IMG/VR virus record: IMGVR_UViG_3300042691_042003
Location: 182,082 to 246,081 of that record
Length of the DNA stretch: 64,000 bases
Direction: 5' to 3' (one strand)
Below are positions 9,606 to 23,918 of this stretch, in pieces. A program made the translations under genes and the position numbers. Numbering within the stretch: position 1 is the stretch's first letter; each line of letters begins with the position of its first letter. The notes under the pieces are model-generated. The model was not told the DNA's origin. It searched no databases and saw only the letters and a list, made by a program, of their open reading frames with translations.

Positions 9606-9989
9606 ATGCAACAAAAGGTACTATATAAATGGAATAATCTGAATCTGAAATGGAGCGAAGTCTTCATGATTTGGGCTGATGTATTCTATTTAATAGAAAT
9701 CGGAGAAGCTTTAGGAGGAGGATTCCCAGGTTTTGCAGGGCCTGGTTTCGGGATAAAACCACATGAATATAAGCAACCTGCAGAACTTGTAAAATCTAAA
9801 CTTCGACCCGATCAATACAACGTATTTATTAAGGTTCTTTGTAAGGTAAATGGGTTAACAACCGAAGAAATTAAGAAAAGAAGAGTAACTAATAAACCTG
9901 AAATAACCATAACAGAAATAGATCGAGTTATGAATGAGGTTTTCCGTCCTATAGTGAAGTTAAAAGGAGTTTTTAGGAATGATATATAA
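9606..9989 (+). CDS. Hypothetical protein
   Basis: ORF track. Confidence 0.55.
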   Translation: MQQKVLYKWNNLNLKWSEVFMIWADVFYLIEIGEALGGGFPGFAGPGFGIKPHEYKQPAELVKSKLRPDQYNVFIKVLCKVNGLTTEEIKKRRVTNKPEITITEIDRVMNEVFRPIVKLKGVFRNDI

Positions 9990-10005
9990 AAAAATACAGC
10001 AATAA

Positions 10006-13596
<3,591 letters not shown>

Positions 13597-13597
<1 letters not shown>

Positions 13598-16164
13598 TGG
13601 CAGTTTTATTTTCAGTACAATCAGGAAATTTTACAGATTCTAATAGCTGGAAAGTAGTTAATTCGACTTCTTATTCTAATACAGAAACGGCTGCAAATAC
13701 TCTAACTACATCATTTGTTTCATCTAGCACTTTTACTCCTGGTGCTATAACAGTAGAAGGTATTGCTGTTAAATGTTATTTCCGAGCAGTGACTCCTAGT
13801 GGAACTATGAGTGTTAGACTTTTTAATTCTACCGGAGCAGCGGCAGTTGCCGGAACTACGGTTACTATAAATGTTAGTGATTTACCTCAATTCCCTTCAA
13901 CTGTCGGTTTAGGTGGATATTGGACTTACTTTAAATTTAGTAGTCCAGTAACTCTTTTAGCAGCTACTTTATATACGATTCAAGCAACTACATCCGTAGC
14001 AACTCAAGTTTCTTTATCCTATAATGGTGCTCCAATAACAAACTGGAATAGATGTTTAGTAACATCTACAAACGGAACACCTGCAGCTACGGATACATTA
14101 ATAGTAGCAGGAGAACATACTTCAGCAGGAACTGGAGTAGATTATACGATTACTTTTAATGGTACAGGTGCTACAATTTTTGGTGGTGGTGCTGCTACTT
14201 TACCTGCTTTAGAAATAGGAAGAAGAGGATCTGTTGAATTTGGAACTACTGCTAGTACGTCTTATCAATTTATTTGTAACGGAGATATAAGAGTTGGAGG
14301 AGGAGGAACTTTTTCTATAGGAACTTCGGCAAATTCTATGCCTGCTTCTTCTTCGGCTTATATACAATTTAATTCGGTATCAGCAAATCAATGGGGAATA
14401 AGATTAAGACCTTTTAATAATTTTATTACTTGCGGTGCTTCGAAAACCGGAAGAGAAACTCTTGCTGCTAATGCTATCGTAGGAGCTACTACAATTACTA
14501 CCACAACTAGTACTGGATGGCTTTCAGGAGATGAAATAGCTATCGCTCCTACTACGGTAAGTACTACGGCATTTGACCGAAGGACTCTTTCTTCAAATGC
14601 CGTTGGAGCTACAGTTACTATAACTTCAGGATTAACAAATGCAAAGACTATTCACGCTGGAACTGAAGTAGAGATAATTAATGTAACTAGAAACGTAAGA
14701 ATAAGAGGAGGAGGGGCATCTGGTACTGCTACTTTCTATTCTCAACATTCTTATGCCGGCCAAACCAATTTAAGTGTACAAAATACTGAATTTGACGTAG
14801 GAGGATGGAATAATTTAACAGAAGATACTACTTCTACTTCTACTATATCATTTACCGGTTGCTCATTTACAGATGTATCTTCAACTATAACTGTGTGGAC
14901 CGACACTTCTATTCCTTCAGGGGGTTCTGCAACCTGGTCAGATTGTGTTTTTCTTAATATTATAAATTTTAATTCTTTAGCTACTAATGCCGCATTAAAT
15001 CCTGCCAATATATTAATTGAAGATTGTTGGTTTATGTCTATGTCTACTGGAGGTGTAGTTCAACAAAATGGAACTTCATGTTTAACCATAAATAGATGTA
15101 GATTTATAGCATCTGCTGCAGGTGTCTCTTTTGGAAATAATCAAAATTATAATAATCCAATTGTAATTACTAATTCAATTTTTAAATGTTGTACTAACGG
15201 ATTGAGTTTTTCTATAGGTTATACAAGATCCTCTACAAATAATATTTCAGGAAATAAGATATATCTGAATACAAATGGATTAAATCTTAATTCGGTTATA
15301 GGATGGATAATTGATTCTTTTGAAGCTTTTTCTAATAATGGAGCATCAGTATCAGTTACTACAACAGCTAATACAATAATTAGAAATGGAACAATTACAA
15401 GAGGAGCAGCAGCGGTTCCTTCTACTGTAGGTATAAGCTTAACAAGCACTTCAGGCAATGGAATAATTTTTGAAAATTGTATTATAGGACCTACACATAC
15501 TAGTGACGTATCTAATGTAAATGCAGTAAATTCATATACGGCTAGATTTAGAAATTGTTCTATGCTATCCGGTACTGAAGTAGGCAATCAAAGCACTATG
15601 AGTCCTGCATCGATAATTACTTCGGCTAGACATGATCAATCCGATGGAAATCATTATAGATGGAGCATTTACGGAACACAAAGATCCGATGATGGTATTT
15701 TTAGATCTTCTCCTTTATCTATAAGACTAACTCCTCTCTCTACTACTTTTAAGCTTGAATCTTCTTCCTTTTTAGTTCCAGTAAAAGATGGACAATCGTT
15801 AACTATTGGAGTTTGGGTTAGAAGATCTGTAGCAGGAGATGGAGCTGTTTATAATGGAGCTCTCCCTAGATTAATTCTTAAATATAATCCATCAGTTTTT
15901 ACTGGAAGTTCAGATGTAGTTTTAGCAACTGCAACAGCTGCATCTTCTGGTGCTTGGGAATATATTAGTGGAACAACCCCTTCAGCTATTGATAATTCAG
16001 CTTTTGAAATAGTGATTGATTGTGATGGTAATCTAGGATTTGTTAATTTCGACGATTTTTTTGTTTCTTCACAAAACTCTACTAGAAGTCTTAAATATTA
16101 TTTTGAAGGAGCTCCAGTTTCTTTATTAAATTCTAATAATGGATCATCTATAGTACTTCTTTAG
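13597..16164 (+). CDS. Large Thr/Ser-rich beta-helix structural protein (tail spike/fibre-like)
   Basis: T/S/G/A-rich; EIINVTRNVRI (G8/beta-helix-like), repeated I.NC.F / DC.F strands. Confidence 0.6.
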
Positions 16165-16210
16165 ATCATTTTTATGATTTTCTTAATATATAAAAAAATA
16201 GATTATAAAA

Positions 16211-16543
16211 ATGAAATGCCTAGAGAGTGTTATTAGAGACAGTTTAAGTGAAGCTTATACCGAAGAGAAAATAGATGAAATCATTGAACTTCTCTATTTA
16301 GATCTAGATGCATTCATTGGAGAGAAAATCGAAGATACAAAATCCGATTGTGAATCAGAAAAGGATTTTATTATTAAAGATTTAGAAGACGAATTAGGAG
16401 ATTTAAAAATGAACATAATAGAATTAGAAGACGAGTTGTCCGAAATCCGTAAGTACGTTCCTTATGAATCTTTACAAGATTATATGAAGTTAGAATGGAT
16501 TCGTAAGAATTGGGATACGATTCCGACTGCTAATTTTTATTAA
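16211..16543 (+). CDS. Hypothetical coiled-coil protein
   Basis: ORF track. Confidence 0.5.
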   Translation: MKCLESVIRDSLSEAYTEEKIDEIIELLYLDLDAFIGEKIEDTKSDCESEKDFIIKDLEDELGDLKMNIIELEDELSEIRKYVPYESLQDYMKLEWIRKNWDTIPTANFY

Positions 16544-16610
16544 CATTTTTCACTTTTATTTTTTTATTTGCGAAATTTGTTTTATATTTGTATAAATCAA
16601 TTAAAAGATT
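16544..16610 (+). promoter_or_regulatory. Bacteroidota-type promoter
   Basis: TATATTTG at 16583-16590 matches TAnnTTTG. Confidence 0.65.
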
Positions 16611-16910
16611 ATGACTTATAAAACAATTAAGGACATCAAATTCGAAGAACATCCTAATCCTTCGCATATCGGATTACAAGGAGTATTGGATTTCGAAAAT
16701 GGTTATGGGGTAAGCGTTATTACTACGATCCCTAGAGATGGAAAACCTTTCGGTGGATCCTACGGTGGAAATGCCGGTCTATGGGAAATAGGTCTTAGAA
16801 AACACGGTTCATTTCATAACGAATCTATTGGTAAATTCGAATCAGGAATTATCGGATGGTGCAACGATTCTGATGTTACCGAAGCAATGATTTTTCTTCA
16901 ATCTCTTTAA
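16611..16910 (+). CDS. Hypothetical phage protein
   Basis: F.NGYGVSVI...GLWEI motif seen in small phage proteins. Confidence 0.55.
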   Translation: MTYKTIKDIKFEEHPNPSHIGLQGVLDFENGYGVSVITTIPRDGKPFGGSYGGNAGLWEIGLRKHGSFHNESIGKFESGIIGWCNDSDVTEAMIFLQSL

Positions 16911-16913
16911 AAT

Positions 16914-18125
16914 ATGAAAACACTTATTTGGATTACTAATTCTTTCCGAAAAGACTCTCGTCTAACTAACGGAATTTCCGATCTTTGTACATTCGTTTAT
17001 TATTCACCTTACTACTTTGCTGGTGCTCGTGAACGTAACATTTACGAAAAATGTTCTCAACAAAATCTCGATGCTTTTTATCATTCTCTTCATTCATTTG
17101 ATACCGAACTAAAACATAAAGGTTTTCAAGGTCTTCTCGTATTTAAGGAATCGGATCCTATCGAACATATCAATCAACTCTGTGAAAAATGGAATTTCGA
17201 TAAAATCGTAATCGATCAACCACTTTTTGCAATGTGGCATTCGATAGATTTACTTCGTCTAAAAGTTCCTTATGAAATTATTGATTCAACTCTTATCGAC
17301 GATACATGTTTTAAAATGACTGCAAAATCTCGATGGATGTCTCATGTTAAACGAGTTCAAACCGAAAAGCCTTATCAATGGAACGAATCTATCGCACCTT
17401 ATTTCATTAAGGAAAATTCTCGTTCATATCCAATTCCTAAATCGGTAAGTCCTTTCCTTGATATTGAAGAAGTAATCGAACGTGCTAAAGCAATTGCACC
17501 TACATACGGTTCGACTCGAGATTCTCATAACGGTCAAACTCGTCTTTCAACTGCAATTCAAAACGGTATGGTCGATCCTCATAATCTGTTCTTCGAAATA
17601 GCTAAACAATTTCAAGAATCAGGTTCAGATCTTACCGTAAACGAAGGTGCTCATGCTGCAATGCTTCGTCAATTTGGTTTTCGTGAAATCAATATTATTT
17701 CTGCTCGTCGAAACGATCTTACAATGGAAAATTCTCCTCTAGAATGGGCAAAATGTATAATGCATCATAAGGCATTCGATAATATGATTTCATCTACACC
17801 AAAATCCGATTCGAAACTTACTATTGATGCAATCCGAAATGCAAACACAGGAATCGAAGAATTAGATAAAATTCTTTTCTCTTTCGTTCGAACTGGAATT
17901 ATGCCAAATCGTGCTCGAATGTATTTTGCAGGTAAGATTTTTTATGAATCAAAATCAGGCATCGAAGCTCTTAATTTGCTTATCGATACATTCGACCTAA
18001 TAGGTCTCGATGGTCAATCACCAAATAATTACATGCAATGCATTTCTTCTTTAGGTTTATCCTACGGTAAAGTTATGCTTATGTCATCTAAACGTACATT
18101 CGAATTGCTTAACTATCCAATGTAA
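16914..18125 (+). CDS. Divergent photolyase/cryptochrome-family protein
   Basis: LIWITNSFRKDS (N-term), TRLSTAIQNGMV, LRQFGFRE, TGIEELDKIL...TGIMPNRARMYFA, DG...NN correspond to photolyase FAD-binding motifs. Confidence 0.75.
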   Translation: MKTLIWITNSFRKDSRLTNGISDLCTFVYYSPYYFAGARERNIYEKCSQQNLDAFYHSLHSFDTELKHKGFQGLLVFKESDPIEHINQLCEKWNFDKIVIDQPLFAMWHSIDLLRLKVPYEIIDSTLIDDTCFKMTAKSRWMSHVKRVQTEKPYQWNESIAPYFIKENSRSYPIPKSVSPFLDIEEVIERAKAIAPTYGSTRDSHNGQTRLSTAIQNGMVDPHNLFFEIAKQFQESGSDLTVNEGAHAAMLRQFGFREINIISARRNDLTMENSPLEWAKCIMHHKAFDNMISSTPKSDSKLTIDAIRNANTGIEELDKILFSFVRTGIMPNRARMYFAGKIFYESKSGIEALNLLIDTFDLIGLDGQSPNNYMQCISSLGLSYGKVMLMSSKRTFELLNYPM

Positions 18126-18209
18126 TATTGATGTACCTTTTTTCAAAAAGTTGATTTTTTTCTTGTAGATATTTGTATTATATTAGCTATATCAAATTAA
18201 ATAATATTT
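18120..18209 (+). promoter_or_regulatory. ~90 bp repeated promoter module, copy 3
   Basis: ATGTAATATTGATGTACC...TGTATTATATTAGCTATATCAAATT. Confidence 0.8.
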
Positions 18210-19523
18210 ATGAATCTATCAACTAAATACAAGCACTCAGAAAACGTAATCGACATACGAGATAAGAACCTCGTTATTTGGAATTCCAAACGGAAATTTT
18301 TCATCACTGAACAATCTTACCTAGACGCTTTAGGAATCTCTGCTCGATACACTGCTACAAGAAATTCTTCAGGAAGTTTTTCGAAAATGATTTATCTTTG
18401 GTCCGAAAAATTTGAAACCACAATTCCTTACACAAGAACTTCAGTAGTATCTGATCTAGATGATACAAATCAATTAGAAATCTACAAACCAGTAAGTTAC
18501 TTCGGTTCAAATCAATCGAAAATTCTAGAAGCTTACTTAAATGCTCAAGGAACAGAATTACATATTATCAATAGTTAATCATATGACAACAGAAATGGAA
18601 AATTACGAAATCAAGGTAGACGCTATATGTCCAATGCCTTCAGATCTCTACTCATCTGGCTTTATAAGTCTGATGAAAGATATCATCATCGAAGAAAAGA
18701 AGAAAATCGATTCCGAATACGAAGATCTAGATCACGACAAAGCACTTTACAAAGGTCGACGATTTGGTGATAACGACCATCTTACTCGAGTTGCACTCGG
18801 TGCTATTCATTATTCGATATTCAGACATATCCGTAAAATGAATGAGCTATCTTGGGAAGAAGCAGAATCTAAAACATCTACTGCCGTAAATGAATGGATC
18901 GTTAATCAATCTGAAGTTTCAGAATTACGTAGAATAGCAAAAGATACAATCCTCTATTCTATGTCATCTGATCATTGGTACGCTTTCGAAAAAGATTGGG
19001 GTTAATAAAAAAAACAAATATATGCATACAGAAGCAGGAACATCGTCCGTAGGATTTACTACACTCTTATTTTTACTCTTTTTAGGACTTAAGCTAACCG
19101 GACATATTGATTGGTCTTGGTGGTGGGTCACTTCACCTCTTTGGATTCCAGCTGCAGTAATTATTATACTTGCAGTTATCGTCGGTATTTCGGTTTTAGT
19201 CATTAAAGGAATCATACAAGCTTTTATCAAATAAATATATTATGATACTGAAATGGATATACAAACCTTCGGGTAATTGTCCGGTACAAGCCGAAGGTCA
19301 CTTCTTAGGTTATTATTTTTATTTCAGATCTCGTTGGGATTCTGCTAGAATAGAATTTTCAAAAACTGCAGAGGATTGGGAAGAAAACCGAATAATCCGA
19401 AGGTACTATTTAGGTAGTTTTCCTGCAGCCGAAGCCGGTTGGATATCCACTAAGCTAGCTATTCGATTAATATACAAAGGTCTTCTTCTATTTCTTATTA
19501 GATGGCCTAGTGATAGCAAATAA
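18210..19523 (+). other. Run of four small hypothetical genes (18210-18578, 18583-19005, 19022-19234 membrane protein with WSWWWV, 19242-19523)
   Basis: Tandem + strand ORFs downstream of promoter module. Confidence 0.55.
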
Positions 19524-19535
19524 AATCTTTTAAAT

Positions 19536-19985
19536 ATGTTAACCTCGAAACAATGTCTCGGAAAATACGGAGAACCTTCTAAAACAAATCCATGTATGAC
19601 TCTTTGGGATGTACCTTCTGATTTAGAAATTGGAATGATACCGAAGAAAATTTATTGTAATAAAGATCTTGTAAATCCTCTCGCAAAAGCTTTCAAAAAT
19701 CTAATAGACCGAGGTCACGTTAATGAAATTGTTACTTTTGATGGTTGCTTTAATATCCGTAAAAAGAGAGGATTAACTTCTATGTCTTTGCATTCATGGG
19801 GAGTAGCAGTAGATTTTAATGCATTTGCAAATCCTTTAGGTCTCTCTCGTCAGCAATGTATTGCTAAAGGTTTAAAACCATTTACCGAAGAATTTGTAAA
19901 ATGTTTTACCGATGCCGGATTTGATTGGGGAGGTAATTGGAATCGACCTGACGGAATGCATTTCCAATTGAAAAGTATTATGTAA
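19536..19985 (+). CDS. M15 family peptidase (Peptidase_M15_4 / L-Ala-D-Glu peptidase-like)
   Basis: FNIRKKRG...SLHSWGVAVD...FDWGGNW..PDGMHFQ. Confidence 0.85.
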   Translation: MLTSKQCLGKYGEPSKTNPCMTLWDVPSDLEIGMIPKKIYCNKDLVNPLAKAFKNLIDRGHVNEIVTFDGCFNIRKKRGLTSMSLHSWGVAVDFNAFANPLGLSRQQCIAKGLKPFTEEFVKCFTDAGFDWGGNWNRPDGMHFQLKSIM

Positions 19986-20070
19986 TATCTATGTACCTTT
20001 TTTGATCATTTTGAATTTTTTCTTTGCGATATTTGTATTATATTAGCTTTATCAAATTAATAATACATTT
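19980..20070 (+). promoter_or_regulatory. ~90 bp repeated promoter module, copy 4
   Basis: ATGTAATATCTATGTACC...TGTATTATATTAGCTTTATCAAATT. Confidence 0.8.
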
Positions 20071-20487
20071 ATGAACAATCCTATCGCAAACACTCAAGAG
20101 TACAAGCAATACTACAATCAGTTCCGGACTAATCTCCTGAAATATCAACCGAGAGTAAAATGGTATTTCAAAAATATCGAAAAGGGAATCGGCTTCAACG
20201 ATATCATAACACTCGAAGAAATGAAACGGATGGCCGAATCGGTTTCTCCAATAGGTCCTAAAGTTCCAATCAACGAAATAGAAGATATAACACCTTCTTA
20301 CAACGAGCTATGTGATAAATTTCATTCTAAGTTCGGTTACTCTTATTCGGATTATCAGAAATGGATTTCTCAGCAAAAAGACGTCTTTTACTATTCAAGA
20401 GAAAAAGTAGATTTCTCGGTTAACGAAGGTTATCGAATCGCTTCGGAACTAGGTTATCGTAAAGTAATCATGGAAAACTTATCCTAA
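20071..20487 (+). CDS. Hypothetical protein
   Basis: ORF track. Confidence 0.55.
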   Translation: MNNPIANTQEYKQYYNQFRTNLLKYQPRVKWYFKNIEKGIGFNDIITLEEMKRMAESVSPIGPKVPINEIEDITPSYNELCDKFHSKFGYSYSDYQKWISQQKDVFYYSREKVDFSVNEGYRIASELGYRKVIMENLS

Positions 20488-20488
20488 T

Positions 20489-20875
20489 ATGAAAAAATTA
20501 TTTTTAGACGATATCAGAATTCCTAAGGATTGTGTAAATGGATTGGTCCCTTCCCATTTAAATCAATTTTACTGGGGTTCTGATTGGGATATTGTTCGTT
20601 CTTTCGAAGAATTTATAAATTGGATAACAAAAAACGGTTTACCTGATTTTATTTCATTCGATCACGATTTGGCCGATATTCATTACGAAATGGATTTTAA
20701 TAAAAAATACGACGAATCTACGATAGAAAGGACCGGCTTAGATTGTGCAAAATGGTTAGTTGAATATTGTATGGAAAAAGGAAATACACTTCCTCAATAT
20801 ATCGTACATTCTCAAAATCCTGTAGGGAAAGAAAACATTCGGAAATACTTTATTTTTGCTGAAAAACATTTATGA
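20489..20875 (+). CDS. Cyclic-phosphate-processing receiver-like (cREC) domain protein
   Basis: KLFLDDIRIP...WDIVRS..EF...ISFDHDL...TGLDCAKWL...VHSQNPVG. Confidence 0.8.
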   Translation: MKKLFLDDIRIPKDCVNGLVPSHLNQFYWGSDWDIVRSFEEFINWITKNGLPDFISFDHDLADIHYEMDFNKKYDESTIERTGLDCAKWLVEYCMEKGNTLPQYIVHSQNPVGKENIRKYFIFAEKHL

Positions 20876-21281
20876 AATACACAGAAGAACGTAAAAAAAT
20901 AATCCGTACATTTCTCAACGACATGTTAGATCAAGCACACGATGCTAAGTATCGTCAATTAGCCGAGAACATCGGATCACCTTCGAAGAAAGGATCTGAA
21001 CTTTACGAAATGCACAAAAACGAATTTGAAGTTATCAGAAAGCTATATCATCAAGTAAATTCACTCTAATGGAAAATCAACCTATCAAAGCCGAATACTC
21101 TTTGCATAATATCGTTGAATGTATGTTACTTTGCGAAGACATGAGAAACCCAAATAATGGATTCATTGTTAATTCCGCATATAAATGGATTCGAGAAAAG
21201 ATTGAAAGAAATGGAGAGCTGACTACTGAAGATAGAGAAAACTTCATTCGAAAATTCTATCATCAAGGGAAGAACATGTAA
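20872..21281 (+). other. Two small hypothetical genes (20872-21069; 21069-21281 = paralog A)
   Basis: 21069-21281 MENQPIKAEY is paralogous to 23453-23665. Confidence 0.6.
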
Positions 21282-21365
21282 TATCCGTGTACCTTTTTTC
21301 AAAAAATAGATTTTTTTCTTGAAAGCTTTTGTATTATATTAGCTATATCAAATTAAATAATCTTT
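21276..21365 (+). promoter_or_regulatory. ~90 bp repeated promoter module, copy 5
   Basis: ATGTAATATCCGTGTACC...TGTATTATATTAGCTATATCAAATT. Confidence 0.8.
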
Positions 21366-22462
21366 ATGAACAACAACATTCTTTTCTCACTTCTACACGG
21401 TGCAAGCATTACCGGTACATTCATCGAAGGTTACCATTACGTCGAAGAAATGCTTCCGATTAATAAATCCGAAGAAGCTTTCAAATTCTGTAAATGGATC
21501 GATGAAAAAATCGGTGGTGCTGGAACCGGCAATATTCATATGCTTTACAAAGCTTTCAAAAATCCAAACGACGAAAATCTTCAAAAAGAAACAAACGAAT
21601 TAAGAAACAAAATTGCTTACCTTAGATCTCTTTAATCATGACAAAAGCATATCAAGTTTTCAAAGGAGAAGATCATTTAGGATTTACCTATTATGAACAC
21701 CAAGCTACTTACTTTAATCAAGATCAGGCTCTCGAACATTGCAAAAGAATAGTTGAATCTGATGAATTTAAAGATGAACAAATAGCAGAATACACGGTCG
21801 GAAATAAGAAACTATGGAATGCTCATGGATGGGAAATCTTAACTGTCTGTAAATTGGAAGAAATCGAAATTATCTAACATGGAAATACACATCAAAATCA
21901 AAGCACAGCGTTTCAAGAATGCTAATGAACTTTCAAATCCGAAGAAGAATTGGAAATCCGATGGGATACAGAAGTTCAAACTCTTCATTGATAAAGATAA
22001 GCTAATCGAAGATACTGAACGTTGCGTAATCACATTCAAGAAAATGCTCGATGGTATATCAAACGATAATCGAAAGTATCAATACATCGATTATGAGATT
22101 ATGGATCCGGTATCTATGTCTAGAGAAGAATTTGAACGTATTTACGAGATGCTTTCTTCAAATTGATAATCTGTAAAACGATTCTTTACTAATCTGTAAA
22201 ATAGAAAACTTCATTCATTCATTTACATATAATTAATATCATGAAAATATTAACAACTGATTTTTTAATTTTCTTTTCTGTAATTTGTGTTATTGGATTA
22301 GTTGTTTTACTCCTTACTTCTAATCCAATAGGAAGAAAAGCAAAAACAGATTCTTCGGCTTATTTTCGAATCGTAAAAATCGAAGGACGAGAATATATCC
22401 TTTCACATAAGCCGTTAACTCCTCTTCATTCGTGTTCTTGTAAATGCGATTCTGTTAAATAA
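21366..22462 (+). other. Small hypothetical genes: 21366-21635 (paralog B), 21638-21877 (paralog C), 21879-22166, 22241-22462 (N-terminal TM)
   Basis: ORF track; B and C have paralogs at 23182 and 23667. Confidence 0.6.
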
Positions 22463-22468
22463 AAACAA

Positions 22469-22545
22469 GGGCTCTTAGCTCATTAGGTTAGAGCAACTGA
22501 CTCATAATCAGTAGGTGGCTGGTTCGATCCCAGCAGGGCCCACCA
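22469..22545 (+). tRNA. tRNA-Ile2 (CAT, lysidine type)
   Basis: GGGCTCT/AGGGCCC acceptor, ACTGA-CTCATAA-TCAGT anticodon arm, GCTGG-TTCGATC-CCAGC T arm, encoded CCA; resembles IleX rather than fMet. Confidence 0.9.
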
Positions 22546-22556
22546 ATAAACCTAAT

Positions 22557-23087
22557 ATGAAAAAGAAGTACAAGTTTCCTCCGGTAGAATTAAGTGATAT
22601 TTGGGCTGCTCTATTTCCAGCAGATTTCCATCAGAAGTATCGATATCTAGGATCTGTTCCTTGGAATGAAGGTGGAGATATTCACGAAGCAATGGAACCT
22701 CTGGTTATCTTTATGGATTACAAAGCTCGTCCTTGGTGGTGTCCTCGTTTTGTTCTTCGTCTTCTTCATCTTTTTGGAGACGATAATTCCGTTGCTCGTT
22801 GCAGGAATTGGCATCTTAGTCAGCTTAAGCGTCGTCTTACTAAAGGGATTGGAATCTGGGATTACAAGACTAAATGGACAGATTACGATTTGCGAATCTC
22901 TATCTCAGGAGATGATCAGATGTATAATCTATCTGATGCTATAGAATCTCACTTCTATAAACGAGGATATAGAGAAGATCTTGCTGAGCAAATCAAAGAG
23001 ATTGATCCTGAAACAAAATTCACTAAAAACAATAACATTGAATCTCTTAAGGAAGAGCTTGAACGTCTAGACAGCGAAGAATCATAA
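22557..23087 (+). CDS. Hypothetical protein
   Basis: Start reassigned to ATG 22557 (track start lies inside the tRNA). Confidence 0.6.
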   Translation: MKKKYKFPPVELSDIWAALFPADFHQKYRYLGSVPWNEGGDIHEAMEPLVIFMDYKARPWWCPRFVLRLLHLFGDDNSVARCRNWHLSQLKRRLTKGIGIWDYKTKWTDYDLRISISGDDQMYNLSDAIESHFYKRGYREDLAEQIKEIDPETKFTKNNNIESLKEELERLDSEES

Positions 23088-23091
23088 GATC

Positions 23092-23181
23092 ATGTAATAT
23101 TGATGTACCTTTTTTTGATACTTTGATTTTTTTCAGAAGATAATTTGTATTATATTTACATTATCAAATTAAATAATCAAT
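23092..23181 (+). promoter_or_regulatory. ~90 bp repeated promoter module, copy 6
   Basis: ATGTAATATTGATGTACC...TGTATTATATTTACATTATCAAATT. Confidence 0.8.
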
Positions 23182-23918
23182 ATGAACAATATCATCTTTC
23201 ATTCTCTCGTTCTCGGAGCAAACGTTACAGGAACTTTCGTTGAAGGCTATCACTACGTAGAAGAAACTCTTCCGGTTAACAAATCCGAAGAAGCTCTCGA
23301 ATTTTGCAAATGGATCGATGAAAGCATTGGTGGCGCTTCAATTCGTAATATCGGCATCCTTTACAAAGCTTTCAAAAATCCTACAGACGAAGAGCTTTGC
23401 AAATACACAAACGAATTGAAAGAACGAATCTCATATATCAAATCTCTTTAATATGGAAAATCAACCGATTAAAGCTGAATATACTCTCGCAAACGTCGTA
23501 GAATGCATGAGTCTCTGCGAAGATATGCGAAATCCAAATAACTCATTTATCGTAAATTCTGCTTATCGATGGATTCGAGAAAAACTCAAAAGAAATGGAG
23601 AACTAACTACTTCCGATCGTGAAAGATTTATGGAAAAGTTTTATCATCAAGCTAAAAATCTTTAATATGACTCTAGCATATCAAGTCTTTTCAGGCGAAG
23701 AAAACAAGCATGGATTTCAGGAATACGAACTGAAAGCTACTTATTTCGATAAGCAAAAAGCTTTCGAACATTGCGAAAGAATAGCCGAAGAAACTCCTCT
23801 TTATGGAGATATTCTAGAATTTGATGGATGGTATGGTGATGGTAAATATTGCAGTTGGTCAGCTGTTGGATGGAACCGAGTCACTATCAGTAGAATGGAA
23901 CAAATCGAAATACAATAA
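23182..23918 (+). other. Paralog cassette B' (23182-23451), A' (23453-23665), C' (23667-23918)
   Basis: Clear similarity to 21366, 21069 and 21638 ORFs. Confidence 0.7.
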
